The position numbers were made by a program, and so were the translations under genes. Below the pieces are notes generated by a model, which worked only from the letters and a program-made list of their open reading frames with translations, was not told where the DNA came from and did not search any database. A stretch of 64,000 bases of DNA from an uncultured Verrucomicrobiae bacterium (GTDB taxonomy: Bacteria > Verrucomicrobiota > Verrucomicrobiia > Chthoniobacterales > Chthoniobacteraceae), in the NCBI GenBank assembly GCA_963836755.1, contig CAWIKF010000002.1, positions 1,120,001-1,184,000 of the forward strand, in the 5' to 3' direction. The stretch's first letter is position 1, and every line of letters begins with the position of its first letter. This document shows positions 10,197 to 20,127 of the stretch, one piece after another.

Positions 10197-12491
10197 ATGA
10201 GGTTTTGGGTCCAGCCGCGCCAGCCTTGCATCGGGCTCGTGGTTTGCGCGACCGCGGCGATTCTGGCTGCGGATCATTTTGCGCCCGACCCGCTCTGGAT
10301 CTGGATTCCGCTGGTTTTGAGCGCGGTCTGTTGGTGTCTCAGGCGGCGCCTCGCTCTCTTTTGGATACTTGCTTTCTGTGCCATTTTCCTGAGGCATGAA
10401 TTGAAGCGAGACAGCGCCGGCAAAACGCTCTCACACGAATTCGACAGCGGCGCAAGACCGGTGCACGGAATCGGAATCGTCCTCGACGACCCGAGGCCAA
10501 TCGAGAGTTCGCGCGGCATTCCGCGCTCGCGTTTTGCGATTCACGTCGAGTCGCTAACCGCGGAGGCGTCCGAATGTCCTCGTGGTGCAAAGGCAGTGAT
10601 GATTTGGAAGGGATCGCCGCCGGAGTATGGCGACCGTGTGATTTTTAGCGGTGATGCCGAGAACATTCCGCCGGTGCGAAATCCCGGCGAATTTGATTTC
10701 ACGAATCTTCAGCATCGGCGCGGAATTTTTTCCGAAATTCACATTCGCTATGCCAATGACGCCAAGGTCGAAAGTCATGGCCACGGGAATCCTCTGATCG
10801 TTTTTGCCAGCCATGCGCGAAGTTGGATGCAGCAAAAGTTGACGGTCGATTTGCACGAGGCGCCGGACGTCGCCGGCCTCGTGCAAAGCATGGTGCTTGG
10901 GCTGAAGGACGAGACGCCGCTGGAAACGCGCGAGATGTTTCAACGCACCGGCACGCTGCATCTGTTCGTCGTCAACGGACTGCACGTCGGCATGTTCGGG
11001 CTCATCGCGTGGTTCATCCTCAAGCCGCTCGGCATCAGGCGTCGCGCCTCGGTCTTCATCATCGTGCCGTTGCTCGCGTTTTATTCGCTGGCGACGGGTT
11101 TCAGTCCCGGGAGCATTCGCGCTACGGTCATGGCGGCGATATTGCTGGGCGGTTTTCTGGCCGATCGCGATCCACTTTCCTTCAACAGCCTCGCCGCCGC
11201 GGCATTCATCATTCTGATGTGGGATTCAAACGAACTGTTTATGCCAGGCTTCCAATTTTCCTTCGGCGTCGTCTTTACGATTCTGCTGCTCTCCGCGCGG
11301 CTACGGCGCCGGTTGCTGCCGCTCGCGCAGCCAGATCCGTTTTTACCGCGGCTGCTTTGGACGCGGGTTCAAAACGGACGCGTATGGCTTTGGCAGCGCA
11401 TCGCGACGCTCATCGCGGTCACGACCTCGGCAAGTGTCGGTTCGAGCCCGTTCACCGCAACATATTTCCATCTGCTCGCGCCTTCCTCATTGCTCGCAAA
11501 CCTTTTGGTGGTGCCGCTCGCGCTCGGAGTTTTATTCGAGGGAGTGCTGTCCATGGTCGGCGGAATTGTCAGCAATGCGATTTCCGCTCTGTTTAATAAT
11601 GTCAACTTTGTGTTGGCGCATATGATTTTGAGCCTGGTGCACCTTTTTGCTGAAATTCCTGGGGGACACGTTTTTCTGGAGCTGCCGAAAAGGCATTCAG
11701 CTTGTGAAATAACGGTCCTCGATCTCGGGGCGGGCGGCGCGGCTTATGTCCGCGGCGGAGGCTGCAATTGGCTAATCGATTGCGGGAATGATTTTGCCTA
11801 CGAAAACACAGTCCGGCCGCTGCTCCGCTCGCGCGGCGTGAATCGTCTGGATGGGCTCGTGCTCACGCATGGGGACGTCGCGCATATTGGCGCGGCGCCT
11901 TTCACGCTCGCTGATTTTTCGCCGCGAGAAATCGTCGATTCCGCGTTGGTCGATCGTTCCCCGAGCAGGCGCGCGATTCACGGGATGCTCGCCGCGAAAC
12001 GGCTCGGGAAGAGCATCTGCGTCGCGGGCGATGTTTTGTCACTTGGCGAAAATATCAGCGCGCGTGTCCTGTATCCATCGCCTGACAATCAGGGACGGAC
12101 GGCCGATGACAAGGCGCTGGTGCTGCAAATCGAAAGCTGCGGAACACGCGTCTTGTGCATGTCTGACAGCGGTTTTCCGACTGAACAATGGCTGCTGAAT
12201 CACGAGGCCGATTTGCGCAGCGACATCCTCGTGAAAGGCCAGCACGCATCCGACATTTCCGGCTCGCCGGATTTTCTCGCGGCCGTAAAACCGCGCGTGA
12301 TCATTTGCTCTGGCGCGAGTTTTCCGCGGCGCGAGCAGGTGTCGGAAGATTGGGCGCATGCGGTCGCGGCGCACGGCATCGCATTATTCCGGCAGGATCA
12401 AACGGGAGCGGTGGAAATTGCGATCGATTCTGATGGTTGGAACGTCAACAGCTTCCTCGGACATCAGGTCTTCACCAATCGCAGCCGGTAA
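10197..12491 (+). CDS. comEC: ComEC/Rec2 competence protein
   Basis: RNPGEFDF, GTLHLFVVNGLHVG, GFQFSF, C-terminal metallo-beta-lactamase-like domain (LTHGDVAHIG). Confidence 0.93.
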   Translation: MRFWVQPRQPCIGLVVCATAAILAADHFAPDPLWIWIPLVLSAVCWCLRRRLALFWILAFCAIFLRHELKRDSAGKTLSHEFDSGARPVHGIGIVLDDPRPIESSRGIPRSRFAIHVESLTAEASECPRGAKAVMIWKGSPPEYGDRVIFSGDAENIPPVRNPGEFDFTNLQHRRGIFSEIHIRYANDAKVESHGHGNPLIVFASHARSWMQQKLTVDLHEAPDVAGLVQSMVLGLKDETPLETREMFQRTGTLHLFVVNGLHVGMFGLIAWFILKPLGIRRRASVFIIVPLLAFYSLATGFSPGSIRATVMAAILLGGFLADRDPLSFNSLAAAAFIILMWDSNELFMPGFQFSFGVVFTILLLSARLRRRLLPLAQPDPFLPRLLWTRVQNGRVWLWQRIATLIAVTTSASVGSSPFTATYFHLLAPSSLLANLLVVPLALGVLFEGVLSMVGGIVSNAISALFNNVNFVLAHMILSLVHLFAEIPGGHVFLELPKRHSACEITVLDLGAGGAAYVRGGGCNWLIDCGNDFAYENTVRPLLRSRGVNRLDGLVLTHGDVAHIGAAPFTLADFSPREIVDSALVDRSPSRRAIHGMLAAKRLGKSICVAGDVLSLGENISARVLYPSPDNQGRTADDKALVLQIESCGTRVLCMSDSGFPTEQWLLNHEADLRSDILVKGQHASDISGSPDFLAAVKPRVIICSGASFPRREQVSEDWAHAVAAHGIALFRQDQTGAVEIAIDSDGWNVNSFLGHQVFTNRSR

Positions 12492-13072
12492 ATCTCAAGG
12501 CCTTTCGCGCGAAAGCGCCGCTCGAAATTTGTTTGCGGATAATCTGGATCCTCCGGCCATTCGATCTGCTGGAAGCAAAAATTCTCTGCAAGTGTCTTGC
12601 GAATGGCGTCAAAGTAAACTGCATCGTCTGTCTTGATGCGGAGCTCGCCGCCTGTCTGCAGTGCAGCGGTTACGGCGGCGAGAAATTCCGCGTTGAACAA
12701 ACGTCGCGGCCAATGTTTGCGCTTCGGCCACGGATCGGGAAATGCAACGTGAAAGGTGGACACCGAATCGGATGGCAGCAGGTGGCGCACGGCATATGCG
12801 CTTTCCAAACGCAAAATCCGCACATTGCACAGATCAAGGCGCAGAGCGGCTTCGCAGGTTTTTCGCACGCGACCCACCAGTCGCTCGATTCCTAAAAAGT
12901 TGCGGTCGGGAAACTTTCTCGCCATCGCCAGCAGGAATCGGCCGGGGCCGGAGCCGATGTCCACTTCCAGCGGCGCGGGTTGTGAAAAAAGTGCATCGAG
13001 TGGGAGATGCGCGAAATAGTTTTCAGGAAGGAATTCCACCGCGTTAACCTGATTCACGGTCGACTCGGTCAC
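12464..13072 (-). CDS. trmB: tRNA (guanine-N7)-methyltransferase
   Basis: VDIGSGPG, FLGIE, FPDPWPKRKH, IKTDD, TNFE. Confidence 0.95.
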   Translation of the reverse strand: MTESTVNQVNAVEFLPENYFAHLPLDALFSQPAPLEVDIGSGPGRFLLAMARKFPDRNFLGIERLVGRVRKTCEAALRLDLCNVRILRLESAYAVRHLLPSDSVSTFHVAFPDPWPKRKHWPRRLFNAEFLAAVTAALQTGGELRIKTDDAVYFDAIRKTLAENFCFQQIEWPEDPDYPQTNFERRFRAKGLEIYRLRLVKT

Positions 13073-13860
13073 GGCGTGCGTCCCGCAAATTTGACGCTGT
13101 TAAGTTCGGCCCAGGCGCTTCCGACGAAAATACTCGCCTGCACTTTCAAAAGCAGCCGATCGCCGTCATCGGATAGCCACGCAAATGCCCGTTTGAATTT
13201 CTGGTGCGGCTCGAGTTTGAAATCTCGCGTGATGCGCTGGAGACCGAGTTCCAGCTTGATTGCAGGGTAGCGTCCGCATTTCACCTGCACGCGATCGTGC
13301 TCCAGCACGCGGACGGTGGCGAGATAAGGAGTGCTCGCGGGATAAACCACAATGTTAAGCACCTCGTTATCTTTCAGTCGCTGGCTGCGCAAGAAAAGCA
13401 ACGCACTGTGCAGATCATAAAGATTGGGATAATCGAAGCGCCTGCGTTTTGCCGGCGTGGGATCAGCCGGCTTTGATTCGCGAAAGCGCGTCACTCCATC
13501 CGCGGTGAAACTGAGCTCCGTGCGAAGCGTTTTGCCGTGATAAATCTCGAGTTGATTCATGCTGATCGGGAGCAGTGTCGCGGAATTCGCTCGCGCGCGG
13601 TGTGTGGCGTCCATCGACCAAAGCGTCCGCACAAAACCTGTGGTGCCGCCTTTCGCCTCAAGCTCAGCCACGCCGGGCGCGTGGGAAAAATCCACTTGGA
13701 TTTCCCCCGCACTCAATGCCGCCCAGCCGCAGCGATACGTCGCGTGCATCGGGCGCGGGAGCGGGAAATCTCCCGGCGTGGGCGGAGTGACCTGACTTTG
13801 CCAATCGCCGAATGCAGCAGCGGCTGGGAGTGCCAACAGCGCGAGTGCGCAGCGAATCAT
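13069..13860 (-). CDS. Exported DUF3108-like protein
   Basis: Signal peptide from ATG 13860 (ATGA overlap with the upstream stop); beta-rich; WLSDDGDRLLLK C-terminal pattern. Confidence 0.7.
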   Translation of the reverse strand: MIRCALALLALPAAAAFGDWQSQVTPPTPGDFPLPRPMHATYRCGWAALSAGEIQVDFSHAPGVAELEAKGGTTGFVRTLWSMDATHRARANSATLLPISMNQLEIYHGKTLRTELSFTADGVTRFRESKPADPTPAKRRRFDYPNLYDLHSALLFLRSQRLKDNEVLNIVVYPASTPYLATVRVLEHDRVQVKCGRYPAIKLELGLQRITRDFKLEPHQKFKRAFAWLSDDGDRLLLKVQASIFVGSAWAELNSVKFAGRTP

Positions 13861-14603
13861 GCGCTGGGGATTACTTTCTCGATGTCCTTTGCGGCGATCC
13901 AGGCGCGGGTTTGGTTTGGCAACTCGCAATAAGTCCACGCGCCGCGTTCGCTCAAAATTTGCACGTGGCTCGCGGTCGCAAGCGTGTCGGCGAGCGTCGC
14001 GGTGTCAGCGGGGGCAAAGCGTGCCTCGGCATGACGGGCCGTGACCACTGCGAGCGTGTCACTTTTTTTCAAACGCCAGATCGCCGTCCCAGCATAGGCG
14101 CAGACAGCCAGGCAGATGCACGCCGCCGACAATAGCGGCGCAGTGTCGCGCGGCTTGCGCAAGGCGAGCACGACGAAACAGGTCAGCGCGAGCCAGCCCG
14201 CCACCGCTGCGACGATGCTGTAACTGCTCGCATTCAATGCCAAAAAAACTCGGTCCATCCACAACGAATTTTCCACGGCCGCACCAGTTTCGTTGCGGAG
14301 AAAGGCGAGATTCGCGCGCGCCTCCGGATGCGCCGGATTGAGAATGAGCGCGCGTTCATAATCAGCGGCTGCAGAGCCGAGATCGCCGAGCCGCACCTCA
14401 TCGTTGGCGAGATTGTAAAATAGGTTCGCGCTGTAGTTTCCCGACTGCACGACCGACTCGTAGAGTTTTTTGGCCTCGGCGAATTTGCCTTCATCGTAGC
14501 GCTGGTTCGCGAGATCGAAATCCGTTGGATTGGCCGCGAATGCATTGCCTGCGCAGATGAGCAGAGCCAGAAGGCAAAACCGGGAGAGCCGTGATGGAAT
14601 CAT
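13857..14603 (-). CDS. BatE-like TPR / TM / SH3-like protein
   Basis: FDLANQRYDEGKF, LFYNLAN, YERALILNP..ARANL, two TM helices, SH3-like C-terminus; position in the Bat operon; start 14603 or 14615. Confidence 0.8.
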   Translation of the reverse strand: MIPSRLSRFCLLALLICAGNAFAANPTDFDLANQRYDEGKFAEAKKLYESVVQSGNYSANLFYNLANDEVRLGDLGSAAADYERALILNPAHPEARANLAFLRNETGAAVENSLWMDRVFLALNASSYSIVAAVAGWLALTCFVVLALRKPRDTAPLLSAACICLAVCAYAGTAIWRLKKSDTLAVVTARHAEARFAPADTATLADTLATASHVQILSERGAWTYCELPNQTRAWIAAKDIEKVIPSA

Positions 14604-14607
14604 GTTG

Positions 14608-16431
14608 TTAAACATTCGCAGGTGCGTGCTCAAACCGCCGCACGACTTCCAAAATTTCGCCGCGCCTTTTCGGCGAAATCATGCCCGTGCCTTTTGCCGA
14701 GCCCGCGTAGTGCCATTCCGAATGCTCGTCAAAAATCTCCTGCACATGCGCCGCCGTCTCTTCGTCGAGGTTTCGCGCCGCACAGATTTCATGGACATCG
14801 AGCAAGTTGGGATCGCGCCCGAGCTGCAGCGCGGTGTCGAGTTTGAAAATGCGCGTCACCGTTTCGAGAAAGGCAGCTTCGCTCGCTTCGCGGCCTGCTT
14901 TTTTGAGCAGCTCCGCCTTTTCGCGGCGCAGTTCAATGCTCCGCCGCGTGGCTAGATCACGCTGCCGCGCGCGCGACTTTTGCACGCCGACGAATCCAAT
15001 CAGCGCCATCAGCGGCGCAAACTGCGCAATCCAGAAAACGGGTCGTCGATAAAGCGCAACGAAACTTTCACCCCAATGCGCGGACCCGGTGCGAATGTAT
15101 AAAATGTCGTTCTTCGGCGCAGGGTTGTCGCGCGGAGAGGCAGCCGGAGTCGCCGCGGCCGCGACGCCTGCGGATGGCGTTGGCACCTGGCCTTCGACGG
15201 CGATCGGGATGGGTTTGCCGAGCAGCGTGACGTATTTTTCAGTGAGCGGGTCGAAGTAGGAAAATCGCACCGGCGGCAATTTTGTTTTCGGTTCGTTCGG
15301 AATCAGCGCGGTCGCAAACGTCTTCGTCCCGCTCGTGCCGACGTCGTCATCGGCTTCGAATTTTCCCGACGCCGGATAAGTTCGCCAGCCACTTTCGTCT
15401 TCGAATTCTGGCGCTTTCACGCGATCAAAGTTTCCGCGCCCGTTGATTTTGGTGGTTACCGTGATTGGATCGCCGGCCTTGACGTGGAGCGGGTTTGCGG
15501 ACTCCTCGAGCGTAAAAATGCCGACTGCTCCGGAAAAACTTTTCGGCTGCTGCGCGGTCGGCAGCGGCTTTACGTTGATGGTGACTGGTTCACTTTTGAT
15601 CGTGAGCTGCTGCTGCGTGCCGAAGCCAAAACCGGGGAACGCATCATCGAAAAAATCGAACGGGTCAGCGCTGCGCCGGTGCCGCTGCTGTGGGATCACC
15701 GCGACGCATTCGAGCTCTGCCGGGCCAAGTGTGAGCGTGCCAGCTTTTGCGGCCGTGATCGCAGTTTTAAATGTGACGAGATCGAAATCGCGGCCGTCGC
15801 GCGTGACCTGGTTTTGCTGCGGCTTCGTAATTTTTTGCACCGTGAAACCGTCGCCACCGATCGTCGGCACTTGCTGCGCGTTCCAGCGAATGCGCGAATC
15901 AACGTAAACGCGAAACTCCACCGGCACGACCTCACCGACAAACGCAGTTTGCTTCGGCACGACGAGCTCCGCAAAAATGTCACGCGACGTCGCCTTCCCG
16001 CCAGTCGCCGCGCCGGTTCGCGCGGAATGCGTGCTGCCGCCGCCGACATCGAGATCGACCGCATTGGTTGTAAATTTTTTCCCGCCGACCTCAACCGTTT
16101 GCGGCGGAATCGTGAATTTTCCCCCGCGTTGCGGGACGACGAGATACGTGTGCACGACGCTCATCGTCACCGTGAAATTGTCCATCTGCACTTGCGTCGA
16201 TTGCCCGCTGTAATTGATGCCAAGCCCATCCACGCTGATTTCGCGCGGCGGATTCGCGGAGCGCGCGCCGGTAATTTTGATTTGATATTGCACCGGCTGG
16301 CCCACATCCGTGGTGGTATCGGTGAGGCTCGCGCTCACCTCAACGCCCGCTGCGCGCGCGGCCGGCGCGAAGCAAAGCAGCGCGAGAAAAACCGCGAGCA
16401 CGGCAGAAGTTGGAAACGCTTTTTTTGTCAT
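14608..16431 (-). CDS. BatD family protein
   Basis: Signal peptide, repeated Ig-like blocks, FSGAVG, FSYFDP, C-terminal TM; TGATG coupling to the upstream gene. Confidence 0.88.
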   Translation of the reverse strand: MTKKAFPTSAVLAVFLALLCFAPAARAAGVEVSASLTDTTTDVGQPVQYQIKITGARSANPPREISVDGLGINYSGQSTQVQMDNFTVTMSVVHTYLVVPQRGGKFTIPPQTVEVGGKKFTTNAVDLDVGGGSTHSARTGAATGGKATSRDIFAELVVPKQTAFVGEVVPVEFRVYVDSRIRWNAQQVPTIGGDGFTVQKITKPQQNQVTRDGRDFDLVTFKTAITAAKAGTLTLGPAELECVAVIPQQRHRRSADPFDFFDDAFPGFGFGTQQQLTIKSEPVTINVKPLPTAQQPKSFSGAVGIFTLEESANPLHVKAGDPITVTTKINGRGNFDRVKAPEFEDESGWRTYPASGKFEADDDVGTSGTKTFATALIPNEPKTKLPPVRFSYFDPLTEKYVTLLGKPIPIAVEGQVPTPSAGVAAAATPAASPRDNPAPKNDILYIRTGSAHWGESFVALYRRPVFWIAQFAPLMALIGFVGVQKSRARQRDLATRRSIELRREKAELLKKAGREASEAAFLETVTRIFKLDTALQLGRDPNLLDVHEICAARNLDEETAAHVQEIFDEHSEWHYAGSAKGTGMISPKRRGEILEVVRRFEHAPANV

Positions 16432-18536
16432 CACCAGTCCTTTAGGACTTCGCTCGAGTGTGGATGTTCATTTAATTGCACGCGCGCTTCCTCGCCCTGA
16501 AGCGAGTCGATGAGCGCGCGTGCCTGCTCCTTGCTCATTTCGCCGGGTTTCACCGGTTCGGCTTCGGCACTTTCATCGCCTTTCTGCTCGCCAGATTTTT
16601 GTCCCGACGGCTGGGCCTTGATGTCGCCGGAAAGTTTTTGATCGCCCGGCGAAGGCGCGGCGCTCGGGGCCGGGCGCTGATTTCCCGGCTGCGAATTTGC
16701 CTGCTGCTGCGACTCATCTCCCGGCTTGGGCTGATTCTGCTGCGGGTTGTTTTGATCCTGACCTTTTTGATCGGACTGGGAAGGATTTTGCTGCTGCTGA
16801 TTTTGCTGAGAACCTTTCTGCTGCTGGTTTTGCGGCTGATTCTCATTTCGAGATTTTTGCTGGTTTGATTGCCCGGCGTTCTGCTGCTGGTTCTGGCTTT
16901 GCTGATTTTGTTGATTCTGATTCTGCTGATTCTGCTGCTGTTGTTGATTCTGGTTTTGTTGCGATTGGTTTTTCTGCTGCCCTTGATTCTGCTGATTTGG
17001 CTGGCTCTGGTTTTGTTGGTTTTGCTGCTGATTCTTTTGCTGGTCTTGCTTCTGGTTCTGTTGATTTTGGTGCTGCTGTTTCGGCGGCTCTTTCTCGAGT
17101 TCAGCGATCAATTTTTGCACCGTATCACGGTTAATCTTTGTGTTCTCGTCGTTCGGCTCGGCTTTCAGCGCCTCATCGTAATGCTCGATCGCATTGCGCC
17201 ATTCATGAATCTTCGCCGGCTTCTCCTCCTGCTTCGCGCCGCGCTGAAACAATGTGTTCCCGATGTTGTATTCCGCTTTCGCTCGCGTGCCGGGATTCGG
17301 CGTGGTCACCGCCTGGCCGAAGGCCTCGAGCGCTTTGTCGTAATCGCCAAGCTTGTAGGCGGCAGTGCCTTCGTCGAAATGCAGCGCGTCTGATTTCGGG
17401 TCGCGCGCGAGCTGCGTCTGGAACTCATCCAGCGCTTGTTTAAAATCATGTTTGTCATACATCTCGACGCCCGGATTCGCGCAAAAGGCGCACGGCGTCA
17501 TCATCAGCAACAGCGCCGTCGCCAGCGCGAGCGAGCGTGCTCTCCGCTTGCGTTCGCCGATCAAAAGCGACCACGCGAGCAGTGCGAGGCCGAGCGCGAG
17601 CGGCCATTGATAACGCTCGATCGGCTGGCGCGAAGTGCGCGCATCGATGTCGTGCTCGCGCATCGGTTCAAGTCCTTTCATGAAAATTTCCTGCATCGCC
17701 GCCGGACCGTTTTGCAGCGAAACGTAGAAACCCCCGGCGGCCTGCGCGATCTCCCGCAGCCGACTTTCATCGAGTTTTGTTTTCACGATCTGGCCCCCGG
17801 AATCTTTGACAAAAGTTGTGCCGCCTTGTTCGTCAGGCAGGGGGATGACCGAACCTTCGCCCGATCCGATCCCGACCGTGAAAATGCGAAACGAGCTCGC
17901 GTTATCACGCGCGGACTGCACCGCGTTTTCCTCCAGATCCTCGCCATCGGTCATGATGATCAGCGCGCGATTTTCGCTCTCGCCTTTGCCAAAAGCTTCC
18001 GCCGCTGTCTTGATCGCGGCCGTAATATCGGTGCCGCCGCGGGGAATTATTTTTGTGTCGAGTTCGTTGATCGAATCGAGCACCGCGGAATAATCAATCG
18101 TCAGCGGCGCCTGCAAAAATGCATCACCCGCGAACGCGATCACCCCGACGCGATCGCCCGGCAGCAGGTTGATCAAATCCTGCGCGGCGAGCTTCGCGCG
18201 CGTGAGGCGATTCGGCGGCAGATCCGTTGCGAGCATGCTTTTCGAGGTATCGATCGCGATGATGACGTCGCGGCCTTTGCGCTGCGTCTGCTGCCACGTG
18301 TAGCCGAGCTGCGGCCGCGCGAGCGCGACGATCACGCACGCGAGTCCGGCGAGCAAAATCAAAAAACGAAAGCGCCGTTTGCTGCTGCTCACGCTCGCCG
18401 CAAGGTCCGACATCAACCGCGCCGCGACAATCTTTTGCAGCAATCGCGCGCGGCGATTTTCATTCCAGAAAAAAAGCGCGAGAGCCGCCGGCAAAAGCGC
18501 CAGCGCCCAAAACCAGAGCGGCGCGCCAAAGCTCAT
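16431..18536 (-). CDS. BatB/BatC-like fusion: VWA + TPR + Q/N-rich tail
   Basis: MIDAS DTSKSM, PLTID, TDGED; TPR (YNIGNTLF); Q/N tract; ends in KDW as BatC-type proteins do. Confidence 0.88.
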   Translation of the reverse strand: MSFGAPLWFWALALLPAALALFFWNENRRARLLQKIVAARLMSDLAASVSSSKRRFRFLILLAGLACVIVALARPQLGYTWQQTQRKGRDVIIAIDTSKSMLATDLPPNRLTRAKLAAQDLINLLPGDRVGVIAFAGDAFLQAPLTIDYSAVLDSINELDTKIIPRGGTDITAAIKTAAEAFGKGESENRALIIMTDGEDLEENAVQSARDNASSFRIFTVGIGSGEGSVIPLPDEQGGTTFVKDSGGQIVKTKLDESRLREIAQAAGGFYVSLQNGPAAMQEIFMKGLEPMREHDIDARTSRQPIERYQWPLALGLALLAWSLLIGERKRRARSLALATALLLMMTPCAFCANPGVEMYDKHDFKQALDEFQTQLARDPKSDALHFDEGTAAYKLGDYDKALEAFGQAVTTPNPGTRAKAEYNIGNTLFQRGAKQEEKPAKIHEWRNAIEHYDEALKAEPNDENTKINRDTVQKLIAELEKEPPKQQHQNQQNQKQDQQKNQQQNQQNQSQPNQQNQGQQKNQSQQNQNQQQQQNQQNQNQQNQQSQNQQQNAGQSNQQKSRNENQPQNQQQKGSQQNQQQQNPSQSDQKGQDQNNPQQNQPKPGDESQQQANSQPGNQRPAPSAAPSPGDQKLSGDIKAQPSGQKSGEQKGDESAEAEPVKPGEMSKEQARALIDSLQGEEARVQLNEHPHSSEVLKDW
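16700..17085 (-). repeat. Low-complexity Gln/Asn-coding tract (CAG/AAT/AAC-rich)
   Basis: About 125 codons of QQNQQQNQ-type sequence inside the VWA-TPR gene. Confidence 0.9.
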
Positions 18537-19573
18537 GGCAGCTTCCTCCAGACCGTTTGCGCGAGCACGATTTCCACCGAGAGCAGCGCGAATCCCGCGC
18601 CGAGAAGCCACGGAAAAAGATCGCGGAATTGTTTGTATTGCGTGAGCTCGACCTTCGATTTTTCCATCTTGTCGATCTTCGCGAAAATGTTTTCCAGCGA
18701 GCGCGTGTCGCCAGCGTAGTAAAAGTTTCCGTCAGCGATCTGCGCGATTTTTTTCAAGCCCGTCTCGTTGAATTCCACGCGCTGGTCTTCGTAAAGTTTC
18801 TGCCCAAACATGTCGGTCGCCTGCTGTCCGGAATTGTCAAACACCGGCACCGGCGCCACGCCGTTCGTTCCCGCGCCAATCGCGTGAAGCTTGATTCCAA
18901 GCGCCTTCGCGGCCTCCGCGGCAGTTTCCGGCGTGACTTTGCCGGCGTTGTTGTCGCCGTCGGTGAGGAGAATCATGACTTTGCTTTTGGAATTTTTGTC
19001 GCGCAGCCGATTGCAGCCCGCGGCGATCGCGGAGCCGATGGCCGTGCCATCCTCGACGAGCCCGATGCGGACGCGCTCGAGGTTTTGCAAAAGCCAATCG
19101 TGATCGAGCGTAAGCGGGCTCACGAGATACGGCTGGCTGCCGAATGCGATGATGCCGATGCGGTCATTCGGGCGGCGCTCGATGAACTTGCGCGTGACCT
19201 CCTTGATCGTGTCGAGCCGGTTCGCGCGATGCCCGCCGATCGTGTAATCCTCAGTCAACATCGAGCCGGAGACGTCGATCAAAATCATGATGTCCACGCC
19301 GCTCGCCTCCACGTGGCTGATCGAGCGACCGAGCTGCGGGCGCGCGAGGCCGAGCACCAGCGATGCGAGCGCGAGAAAAAGGAGACTCGTTAAAAAATTT
19401 CCAACTCGCGATTCCGAGATCCGGCCGAGCGCGCGCAGTGGCGCAGTCGAGGAAAAAACGACCGCAGGCACGCCACCGCGCTGCCCGCGAAGCCAGGCCA
19501 GCAAAGGAATCACGAGCAACAGCAGCAAAAGCCACGGCTGCGCAAAAGTTAATCCCCAGTCGTGGAAATTCAC
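18533..19573 (-). CDS. BatA-like VWA domain protein
   Basis: N-terminal TM (FAQPWLLLLL), LARPQ, MIDAS DVSGSM, GTAIGSA, LTDGDNNAG. Confidence 0.92.
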   Translation of the reverse strand: MNFHDWGLTFAQPWLLLLLLVIPLLAWLRGQRGGVPAVVFSSTAPLRALGRISESRVGNFLTSLLFLALASLVLGLARPQLGRSISHVEASGVDIMILIDVSGSMLTEDYTIGGHRANRLDTIKEVTRKFIERRPNDRIGIIAFGSQPYLVSPLTLDHDWLLQNLERVRIGLVEDGTAIGSAIAAGCNRLRDKNSKSKVMILLTDGDNNAGKVTPETAAEAAKALGIKLHAIGAGTNGVAPVPVFDNSGQQATDMFGQKLYEDQRVEFNETGLKKIAQIADGNFYYAGDTRSLENIFAKIDKMEKSKVELTQYKQFRDLFPWLLGAGFALLSVEIVLAQTVWRKLP

Positions 19574-20127
19574 GCCGCCACCTCCGCCGGCGACGCCGGA
19601 TTTTGTGTCGCGCCGCTTCCTTCGACGAACGCAATCGCCTGCTCGAGCAACGCTTCACTGTCAGCTTGCGACGCATCGATGCGCGCGAATTTGATCAAGT
19701 CACTTTTCTCCAAAAACAGACCGAGCAGCTCCTTTTCGGCCTCGGTAAAGTTTTGCGAAGCCGCGGCCTCCGCGAGAAATTCCGGGGAAGTTTGCCGCGT
19801 CGCGCGCAGTCCGAAATCCGCGGTGACAAAACGTCGTAAAACATCCGAAACCAAAATGCTGAACTCATACGGCGCCATCTCCGTCACGCGCTTGCGCGCT
19901 TCTTCCAGCTCGCGCAGCGCGACCTGCCTCGGCGTCGGCGGAGGCGGCGCGGGTCTCCGTTTCACCCAGCGCCAGATGAGCCAGACTGCCAGCAAAACCA
20001 GCAGCAGAGCCACTCCGCAGGCAGTCGCCACCATCCACATCGGATAGGGAAACACGTCGATCGGCGGCGCGATATCGCGGATGCTCGGCATCGGCGTCGC
20101 CATTTGCGCGAAAAACATTCCGCTCAT
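19570..20127 (-). CDS. DUF4381-like membrane protein of the Bat operon
   Basis: IRDIAPP, single TM, TSPEFL, DLIKFAR. Confidence 0.75.
   Translation of the reverse strand: MSGMFFAQMATPMPSIRDIAPPIDVFPYPMWMVATACGVALLLVLLAVWLIWRWVKRRPAPPPPTPRQVALRELEEARKRVTEMAPYEFSILVSDVLRRFVTADFGLRATRQTSPEFLAEAAASQNFTEAEKELLGLFLEKSDLIKFARIDASQADSEALLEQAIAFVEGSGATQNPASPAEVAA

Noticed and set aside
16476..17393. Poly-Leu 'membrane' ORFs on the + strand
   Set aside because: Reverse-complement reading of the Gln/Asn tract
17436..18719. 427-aa + strand ORF and similar long ORFs (51105..52325, 49815..50819, 21011..22081)
   Set aside because: Antisense shadows of well-supported genes, typical of GC-rich DNA
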